Assembly (NCBI RefSeq): GCF_009914755.1
Contig: NC_060925.1
Direction: 5' to 3' (one strand)
DNA from: the human T2T-CHM13v2.0 reference genome, Homo sapiens
Length of the DNA: 64,000 nucleotides
In this document: piece by piece, positions 52,086 through 64,000 of the stretch
Numbering within the stretch: position 1 is the stretch's first letter
Layout: every line of letters starts with the position of its first letter
Translations under genes and position numbers: made by a program
The notes under the pieces: generated by a model
What the model was told of the DNA's origin: nothing
What the model saw: only the letters and a program-made list of their open reading frames with translations
Database searches by the model: none

Positions 52086-55034
52086 GTTTGAAAACAAAGC
52101 AAAACAAGAACCTTACAATAATAATAACAGCGCATTTTGAGGGAGAGATGAAGATGATTTGGTGTCTGGCAGACTCTGGGACAGAAGTGGAGGGAAGGGC
52201 TGAAAGTCCATTTCAGAGAACCCCGGTGGTGACCAGGGCTGTGGTGGGTGCCACTGTTGAAAATAGAAAAACCACTTGTTTGGGCAGTGGGAAAAGCAAG
52301 TAGAGAGTCTGATCAACAAAAACTGAAGACCCCATGTCATTTTATCCTCCGAGGGCTGATTGTCTAGTTGGTGGATTACCTAATGCTATCATTTTCCCAC
52401 TCCCTGCAAATCATCCGTAGTTGATTCTTTTATTATTATTTTTAATACGCTTTACGTTTTTGGAGAATTTTTAGGTTCACAGCTGAATTGAGCAAAAGGT
52501 GCACAAATTTCCCATTCACTCCCTGCCCCCACTCATGCACAGCTCCACCCCCATTGTCAGCATCCTGCATCGTAACGGTGCGTTTGTTATGATTGATGAA
52601 CCTACGCTGACACACCATTATCATCCAAAGTTCAAATTGGTTTAAATTAGGGTTCACCCTTGGTGTTGTACATTCTATAGGTTTGGACAAACGTCTGATG
52701 ACATGTATCCACCATTCTAGTATCTTACAGAGGAGTTTCGCTGCCCTAAAAATCCTCTGAGCTCCACCCATTCATCTCTCCCTCACCACTAACTTCTGAC
52801 CAACAACTGACCTTTTTACTGTCTCCATACTTTTGCCTTTTGCAGAATGTCACATAGTTGGAATCATATGCTATGTAACCTTTTCAGATTGGCTTCTTTC
52901 CCTTAGTAATATGAATTTAAGTTTTCTTGCTGTCTTTTCACTGCTTGATAGTTCATTTCTGTTTAGTGCTTAATAATATTCCACTGTCTGTATGTACCAC
53001 AGTCTATTTATCTATTCACCTACTGAAGGATGTCTTGGTTGCTTCCAAGTTTTGGCAATTGTAAACAAAGCTGCTGTAAACATTCACGTGCAGATTTTTG
53101 TGTGGCCATAAGTTCAGCCCCTTTGGATAAATCCAAGAAGCATGATTGCTGGCTCATACAGCAAGAGGCTGTTTAGGTTTCTAAGATGCCACCAAACTGT
53201 CTTCCAAAGTGGCTGTACCATTTTGCATTCCCACCCAGCAATGGATGAGAGTTCCTGTTGCTCCACATCCTTGTCAGCATTTGGTATTGTCAGTGTTCTG
53301 GATTTTAGCTATTGTAATAGGTATGTAGTGGTATCTTATTGTTGTTTTAATTTGTATTTCTTTGATGATATACGATGTAGAGCATCATTTTATAGCTTAT
53401 TTGCCATTTGTGTATCTTCTGTGATGAGGTGTTTGTTAAGGGCTTTGGCTCATTTTAAAATCAGGTTATGTTCTTATTGTTGAGTTTAAAGAGGTTTTAT
53501 ATATTTTAGATAACAGTCCTTTATCTGATATGTCCCTTGCAAATATTTTCTTCCAGTCTGTGTCTTTTCTTTTCATTCTTTTGACAGTGTCTTTCACAGA
53601 GTAGAAAGCTTTAATTTTAATGAAGTCCAGTTTATCAATTATTTCTTTCTTGGATTGTGCCTTTGGTACTATATCTAAAAAGTCATTGTCATGCCCAAGG
53701 TTAACTAGATTGTCTCCTATGCTATCTTCTAAAAATTTTATAATTTTCTATTTACTTCTAGGTCTGTGACCCATTTTGAGTTAATTTTTGTGAGAGTTTA
53801 AAGAGTTTAAATTTTGTGAGAGCTTAAGGTGTGTGTCTAGACTAATTTTTTTTTGTTATTCCAGTACCATTTGTTGAAAAAACTATCTTTCCACTATTAT
53901 ATTGCCTTTGCTCCTTTGTTAAAAATCAATAGACTATATTTACGTGGTCCTATTTCTGGGTTCTGTATTCTGTTTCATTCATCTATTTTGCTTTTATTTG
54001 TCTCTTGTTTGCCAATACCACACTGTTTTGATTACTGTAGCTTTCCAGTAAGTCTTAAAGTTGGGTAGTATCAGTCTTTCAACTTTGTTCTTTTCCTTCA
54101 CTGTTGTGTTGGCTATTCTGGGTCTTTTTGTCCCTCCATGTAAATTTTAGAATCAGTTTGTTGACATTCACAAAATAACTTGCTGGGATTATGATTGGGA
54201 TTGCATTTAATCTATAGATCAATTTGGAAGAACTGATACCTTGACAACATTGAGCCCTCCTATTTATGATCATGGAATATCTCTCCATTTACAGGGCATG
54301 CCTCTTTTTATTGTGTGTTATGTTATTGTATTTTGCAGATATTGCATTTTTTTTTTTTTACAAATTGAAGGTTTGTGGCAACCTTGTGTCAAGCGACTCT
54401 TGCTGCCATTTTTCTAACAGCATGTGTTCACTTTGTGTCTCTGTGTCACAATTTGGTAATTCTCACAATATTTTGGTATTTGTTATGATGATCTGTGACT
54501 CGTGATCTTGATGTTACTATTGTAATTGTTTTGGGGCACCATGAACTGCACCCATATAAGACAGTGAACTTAACTGATAAATGTGTGTGTTCTGACTGCT
54601 CCAATGACTGGCCATTCCTCTGTCTCCCTCTTCTTGGGCCTTCCTATTCCCTGAGACACAACAGTATCGAAACTAGGCCAATTGATAACCCTACAATGAG
54701 CTCTTAAGTGAGGAAGAGTTGCATGTTTCTCACTTCAAATCAAAAGCTAGAAATAATTAAGTTTAGAGAGGAAGGCATATCAAAAGCCAAGATAGGCTGA
54801 AAGCTAGGTCTCTCATGCTAAACAGCCAAGTTATGAATGCAAAAGAGAAGTTTTTGAAGGAAATTAAAAGGGCTACTCCAGTGAACAAACAAATGATAAG
54901 AAAGCCATTATTCTTATCTTATACTTATCTTATTGCTGATATGGAGAATGTTTTAGTGGTCTAGATAAAAGATCAAACTACCCACAACATTCCCATAAGC
55001 CAAAGACTAATCCAGAGTAAGGCCCTAACCCTCT

Positions 55035-55417
<383 letters not shown>

Positions 55418-55884
55418 TGAGCAGCTAGGATTACAGGCACCCCTCCCGCCCACCACACGTGGCTAATTTTTGTATTTTTAGTAGAGACAGGGTTTCACCA
55501 TATTGGCCAGGCTGGTCTTGAACTCCTGACCTCAAGTAATCCACCTGTCTCGGCCTCCCAAATTGTTGGGAATACAGATGTGAGTCACCGCACCCGGCCT
55601 CCTAACCCTCTTTAATTCTATAAAGGCTGAGAGAATTGAGGAAGCTGCAGAAGAAAAGTTTGAAGCTAGCATAGGTTGGTTCATGAGCTTAAGGAAAGAA
55701 GTCGAAGTCATCTCCGTAACATAAAAGTGTGAGATAAAGCAGTAAGTGCTGATAGAGAAGCTGCAGCAAGTAATCCAGAAGATGTAGCTACCATCATTGA
55801 TGAAACTGATGAAGGTAGCTATACTAAACAACAGATTTCCAGTGTAGACGAAACAACCTTTCACTGGAAGAAGACGCCATCTAG

Positions 55885-56196
<312 letters not shown>

Positions 56197-56624
56197 TGAG
56201 CCACCAAGCCTGGCCATCTAGGACTTTCCTAGCTAGAGAGGAGAAGTCAATTCCTGGATTCAAACTTTACAGGACAGGCTAACTCTCTTGTTAAGGGTTA
56301 ATCCAGCCGATGACCTTAAGTTGAAGCTAATGATCATTGACCATTCCGAAAATCATAGTGCCCTTGGAATAAGGCTAAATTTACTCTGTCTGTGCTGTGC
56401 TCTATAAATAAAACACCAGGCTTGGATAACAGCACATCTGTTTATAGCATGGTTTACTGAATATTTTAAGCCCACTGTTAAGACCTATTGCTCAATAAAA
56501 AAGATTCCTTTCAACACATTACTGTTCATTGACGATGTTCCTGGTCACCCAAGAGCTTTGATGGAGATGTACAAGGAAATTAATGTTGTTTTCTTGCCTG
56601 CTAACACAATATCCATAGTGCAGC

Positions 56625-57037
56625 TGCTATGGTTTGAATGTTTGTCCTCCCCAAAACTCATGTTGAAATTTAATCCCCAAGGTAGTAGTTGGGAGAGGTG
56701 GAGCCTTTAAGAGGTGATTGGTTCGTGAAGGCTCTGCCATCATGAATGGATTAATCTGTTCGTGGATTAATGGGCTTATGGATTAATGAGTTATCGTGAG
56801 AAAGGAACTGAAGGCTTCCTAAGAAGAAGTTACCATATTAGCATGCCCAGTTCCTTTGCCATGAGATACCCTGCACTGCCTCAGTAGAGTCCCCACCGGC
56901 AAGAAGGCCCTCACCAGATGCAGCCCCTCAACCTGGGACTTCTTTGCCCCCAGAACTGTAAGAAATAAATTCCTTTTCTTTATAAGTTGCCACGTTTCAG
57001 ATATTCTGTTATAAGCAACAGAAAATGGACTAATACA
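56625..57037 (+). mobile_element. MST-family (MSTB/C-like) solo LTR inside Tigger1
   Basis: tgctatggtttgaatg...aaatggactaataca; 5-bp TSD gcagc/gcacc. Confidence 0.87.
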
Positions 57038-57506
57038 GCACCCCATGGACCAAGAAATAATTTTGACTTTCAAGTCTAATTTAAGAAATACATTTGGTAA
57101 GACTAAAAATAGTGATTCCTCTGATGGTTCTGTGAAAAGTAAGTTGAAAACCTTCTGGAAAGGATTCACCATTCTAGATGCTATTAAGAACATTCATGAT
57201 TCATGAGAGGAGATCAAAATATCAACATTTACGGGAGTTTGGAAGAAGTTGATTCCAACGCTCATGGATGACGTTGAGGGATTCAGGATTTCAGTGGGGG
57301 AAGTAACTGCAGATACAGTAGAAATAGCAAGAGAATTAAAATTAGAAGTGGTGCCTGAAGATGGGGCTGGATTTCTGCAGTGTGATGATAAAACTTGAAT
57401 GGATCAATAGTTGCTTCTTATGGATGAGCAAAGAAAGTAGTTTCTTGTGATGGAATCTGCTCCTGGCAAAAATGCTGTGAACGTTGTTGAAAAGACAACA
57501 AAGAGT

Positions 57507-57572
57507 TTAGAGTAGTACATAAATTTAGAATAGTACATAAACTTAGAATAGTACATAAACTTAGTACATAAA
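57507..57572. repeat. 18-bp tandem repeat (ttagaatagtacataaac) x about 3.5
   Basis: Direct reading. Confidence 0.85.
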
Positions 57573-58176
57573 TAATGCACGAAGCAGGGGCAGGGCTTGA
57601 GAGAATTGACTTCAATTTGGAAAGAGTATCTACTGTAGGTTAGATGCTCTCAAACAGCATCATACGCTCCGGAGAAATCTTTTGTGAAATGAAGAGTCCA
57701 TTGATGTGGCAAACCTTATTATTGTATTTTTAAAGAAATTGCCATTTCCACCCTAATCTTCAGCAACCACCACCCTGAGCAGTCAGCAGCCATCAGCATC
57801 AAGGCAAGACCCTCCATCAGCAGAAAGACTACAACTTGCTGAAGGCTCAGGTGATCATTAGCATTTTTTAGCAATAAAATATTTTTAAGACGTACTTTTT
57901 TAGACATAATACTATTTCTAGACTACAGTATAGTGTAAATATAACTTTTTCGTGCACTGGGAAACCAAAAATTTATGTGACCTGCTTTATTGCTATATTT
58001 GTTTTATTAACTATGTTTTATTATTATTATTATTTTATTTTATGTTTAGTTAAATCATATTAACTAATATAGTTTACAAAATGACCCTATGCAGGATGTA
58101 CCATTATTAGGCCCACTTTACACATCGAGATCCAGAGAGGTTAAATAATTTAAGGTCATACAGTACTGAGTACTGA

Positions 58177-58488
<312 letters not shown>

Positions 58489-58921
58489 TGACCAACTCTA
58501 CAATGTTGATTCTATCACCATGGTCACTGCACAATTACCTGATATGGGCAGTGCACTCTAAGCTGAATTTTTGCACCTGCCCCCAGCAGCCAACCCCACC
58601 TCTTCAGTCTGAAACTGAACCCACAATAATTCTGAGATATGCCTGTAGTTTTTATTTCTTTCATCAGAGTTTTTATAGTTTTCCTCACATAGATCATATA
58701 TGTATTTTGTTAGATTTCAACCCAAGTATTTCATCTCGGAGGGAGTTAATATGTTATAAATGGTATTGTGTTTTAGATGCCAGGATCTACTTCTTCATTG
58801 CTGATATATAGGAAAGCAATTGACTTATTTGTATTAATCTTGTATCCTGCCACTCTGCCATAATCATTTACTTTTTTGATGACTGTTTCAGATTTTCTAC
58901 ATAGACAGTCACATCATCTAA

Positions 58922-59350
<429 letters not shown>

Positions 59351-60052
59351 TAAGGATGAGCTAGGCAGGAAGGAGGAGCACACTACAGCAGGGATCTTTG
59401 CCACTGGCCAGTGTCACAGGAGGTAGAAATGGAGGAAGAAGAAGATTAAATTGGTGACTAATAAACTTTTCAATATAGTTGTAAGTCACATGACAGTCTT
59501 CATAAATGTGCATGCCCATATTTGATGCCTCCAAGAGTCTTGGGAGGTGAGATATTACCTCCACTTCATAGATGAAGAAATGCAGAATAGTTAGACCATC
59601 TGTTCATGTTCCAGAAGAACGAAGGTGGGAGCCCAGGTTTTCTGTCTTCAGGCTCCCCCCTTGCCTGCCTTTGTGCCTTTCCTTTTTCTCAGCAGTTCCA
59701 CCCCTGTTGGAACCAATCACTGTGAGCACCCATACACAAAGAATGCTTTCAGGATTGGCAGGTCTAAGTATCGGAGTGTCAATTGTCGGAGAGTGAGAAG
59801 TCGTGATTCATTATTGATGTCTGCAGCGCATGGCACTTATACTTTGAAAGACATAGAAATGCTTTATATGAAAAATGCAAGCTCCATTTTACTCTAAGAG
59901 AAGAGCGGGCCATCTTCCTGCTGCCATTTTTTAAACAAAGACACAGAGGTCTTGAGTCCCTAAGGACCTTCTCCTTCTCCCCTCTGTTACCCAGACCTCC
60001 TGTACAGCCCTTGGCCTAGCTATGATTGCTTACGCCCAGTCTGCCTGTAGTT

Positions 60053-60583
60053 CAGTATTTTTCAAACTTTAGACGATAACATAGATTAGAAAGTCATAAG
60101 GAGGCCGAGGCAGGTGGATCACAAGGTCAGGAGTTTGAGACCAGCCTGACCAACATGGTGAAACCCCGTCTCTACTAAAAATAAAAAAAATTTAGCTGGG
60201 GATGGTGGCGCACACCTGTAATCCTAGCTACTCAGGAGGCTGAGGCAGAAGAATCACTTGAACGCAGGAGGTGGAGGTTGCAGTGAGCCGAGATCGCACC
60301 ACTGCACTCTAGCCTGGGTGACAGAGCAACACTCCATCTCAAGAAAAAAAAAAGAGAAAGTCATAAAAGCTTCTTAAGTCTTGACCAGCATTTCTACCAA
60401 TGAAATGAGTAGTATACAATACAAAAAATTAGAAAATGTGTCAAAATGCTGTGCATGAAATAGAATTATTTTTGTAAATTTTTGGTTTTGAGTATATATT
60501 TTTTAAAAACACGTATATTTATGCAAAATAGTGTTACATGTTTCATTTCTGTAGGTTGTGGTCAAAAAGTTGAAAGAGCCCTG
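60053..60583. mobile_element. MER33-like element with nested Alu (60099-60353)
   Basis: cagtatttttcaaactt...ggttgtggtcaaaaagttgaaag; Alu TSD agaaagtcataa. Confidence 0.7.
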
Positions 60584-60880
60584 CACTAGACTGTGAGTTG
60601 CTTAAGGACAGAGAGGCTGTCCTGGTCCTGTTTGGTCCTCAATGTCATGCATGAAGTGTGCACGCACTGTAACGCATGTGAATATTTAGTGTCCACATTT
60701 GATCAGGTTGTCCCAGGTACTGCTCAGAGTGCTGAGATGTGGTGGTAAACAAAAGACAAGACCTCTGTCATCAGGAGCTGACAGCCAATGGGCGAGGAGG
60801 GGGCATAGCAGGGCAGGGCAGGTCACCAGTGCTGGCACCAGAGCACCTATAGCGAAATCTCTGTGACCCTGGGCAGTGCC

Positions 60881-60954
60881 TCTTCTTTTCTTTTCTTTCT
60901 TCCTTCCTTCCTCTCTCTCTCTCTCTTTCCTTCCTTCCTTCCTCCCTCCCTCCC

Positions 60955-60998
<44 letters not shown>

Positions 60999-61240
60999 TC
61001 CTTTCTTTCCTTTCTTTCCTTTCTTTCTTTCTTTCTTTCTTCTTGATGGAGTCTCACTCTGTCACCCAGGCTTCAGTGCAGTGCTGCAATCTCGGCTCAC
61101 TGCAACCTCCTCCTCCAGGTTCAAGCAATTCTCCTGCCTCAGCATCCCCAGTAGCTGAGATTACAGGCACGTGCCGCCACGCCTGGCTAATTTTGTGTTA
61201 TTAGTAGAGACAGGGTTTTGCCATATTGGCCAGGCTGGTC
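60881..61240 (-). repeat. (CTTT/CCTT)n microsatellite grown from the tail of an antisense Alu
   Basis: Pyrimidine tract 60881-61043 followed by Alu body. Confidence 0.9.
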
Positions 61241-61528
61241 ACACATGTACCTCTTACCCTTCATTTGCATGTCCTCCCGCCATCCTACCCTTCTTAGCTG
61301 TTTTTGGATAATCCCTGAGCCTGCTGCATCACTTTGCACATAGAAAGTGCTTCAAACATCAGCCCTGTTAAGCGGGAGGGGTCAGCAAGCTTCAAGTGGC
61401 CACCCTATGAGTAGCACATTAGGCAGTAATGAGAATCCCTAAGGATAGATTTGAAAAAAACATGGAAAGTGCCTATTAGTTAGTGGCCCAAAGAAAACAG
61501 ATTTAAATTTTGTTACTAACAGTATTAG

Positions 61529-62045
<517 letters not shown>

Positions 62046-62672
62046 CTTAGACCACGCATCCACAGGGCAGAGGAATGCAGACACGTTCACTGCTGAACTC
62101 TTCATGTGGTCTGCATGTGGGCTGCTCCTCCTGGCTGCCATGGAAGGCCTGCTGGGCTGAAGTTGAATTGGGCAGCCTGGGAGGGTCTGATCCTAGAGTC
62201 AGCCCCACCATGGCGGTCAGGGCAGGCCCACAATGACAGCCCCAGCTGCTGGGGAAGAGCATGAGAGAGCATATTCCCTGACTCCCAAAACCCTTTCCCC
62301 ATTTCTAATATATTAACTCCCCCCAAAATAAAAGACTTAGGTTGAAATATAACAAAATACATATATGATCTATGTGAGGAAAACTATAAAAACTCTGATG
62401 AAAGAAATCAAATAACTAACTATAGTTGCTCCGGTGCCAGCACTGGTGACCTGCCCCGCCCTGCTATGCAAATTTCTTAGGCCAAGGAACGCACATTGGG
62501 AAATGCCGTCTTCACCTAACCAATGTGCATTTCTGATACAGAGATTGTGTAGACTTATAGGACATTAGAAGTGGAAGGAGCTGTATCATTTAGTTCAGAT
62601 TTCTTTGCAGATACAAAAACAGAGGCCCAGAGATTTCTTCTTTTTCCTTTTCAGAAGCAACTGACATAACCA

Positions 62673-63123
62673 TGTGTGTCTAGTCTGCTTGGGCTGCCGT
62701 AACTAAGTACCACAAAGTCGGAGGCTCAAACAACAGAGATTTATGGTCTCCCAGTTCTGGAGGCTGGAAGTCTGAGATCAAGGTGCCAGCAGTGTTGGAC
62801 TCTCCTGAGGGCTGTGAGGGAGATTCTGTTCTATGCCCCTCTCTTAGCTTCTGGTGGTTTGCTGGCACTTTTTGGCATTCCTTGGCTTGTAGAAGCATCA
62901 TCGCAACCTCTGCCTGTTCTCCCTGTGTTCAGGCCTGTCTCCAAATGTCCCGATTTTATAAGGACACTGGCCATATTGGATTTTAGAGCCCACCCTAATG
63001 ATCTCATAGTAACTTGCTTACCTCTGTAGAGACCCTATGTCCAAATAAGCTTACATTCTGAGATATTGGGTATCAGAACCCCAACATAGGGATTTTGCAG
63101 GGGACACAATTCAGTCCATAACA
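62673..63123 (-). mobile_element. MLT1C-like LTR
   Basis: cagttctggaggctggaagtctgagatcaaggtg...gggacacaattcagtccataaca. Confidence 0.82.
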
Positions 63124-63560
63124 GCACACAATAATTTGGTGATGATTATATTGCAGAATTTGTCTCGAAATCTGATACTTAGTAGACGTTTATTAAATGG
63201 AATGGATGGATGAATACATAAGTCTTAGCATCCAGGGTATTGTGTGTTTATCTGTATCAGAAAACATACACCTTGATGGTTTCCATTCTCCTCTGAGCAG
63301 AAGGCTGGAGTTTTCCAGACCAGCCTCCACTGTCATGAATCATTTTGCTTTATTATTCGTTCTGGCTATATCGGTTATACTTACATCTTTTCCTATGCAT
63401 TCTCTTTTGTTCTACTTCCCATCCGGGATATGGCTGCATATGCTTACCTACCCTTTGCTAAATCACAAAGCCTTAGCTGTGATAGGTACTCGTTATTTGT
63501 TTAAAACTGTTAATAGTAACAGCAAGCTAGGGATACAGAATTCTTTCTGTTACATGATTA

Positions 63561-64000
<440 letters not shown>

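Noticed and set aside
57507-57572. Short repeat array resembling CRISPR
   Set aside because: No spacers; simple slippage repeat in eukaryotic DNA.

Overview
Human (or very close great-ape) genomic DNA containing the 5' part of EDARADD (EDAR-associated death domain adaptor, EDA/EDAR/NF-kB pathway) on the + strand. Present are alternative first exons 1A (MGLRTTKQIGRG...) and 1B (CpG island, MASPDDPLRA) and shared exons 2, 3 and 4, all with canonical GT-AG sites and consistent phases; the death-domain exons lie beyond the window. The rest is transposon-rich intron/upstream sequence: roughly 60 Alu pieces, an ancient two-LTR ERVL-class provirus ending about 60 nt before exon 4, an antisense SVA just after exon 4, and an L1MC > Tigger1 > MST/Alu nest. 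Nearly all ORFs in the supplied track are Alu, microsatellite or GC-rich artefacts. I found no new protein-coding system. The most interesting signals are (i) an out-of-frame uORF overlapping the isoform-A start codon, with an Ile9 allele that removes the next in-frame AUG, and (ii) a cluster of short, locally templated insertions (about 90-94% identical copies of nearby sequence, direct and inverted) in intron 4. Repeat family names are from visual recognition and need RepeatMasker/Dfam confirmation.
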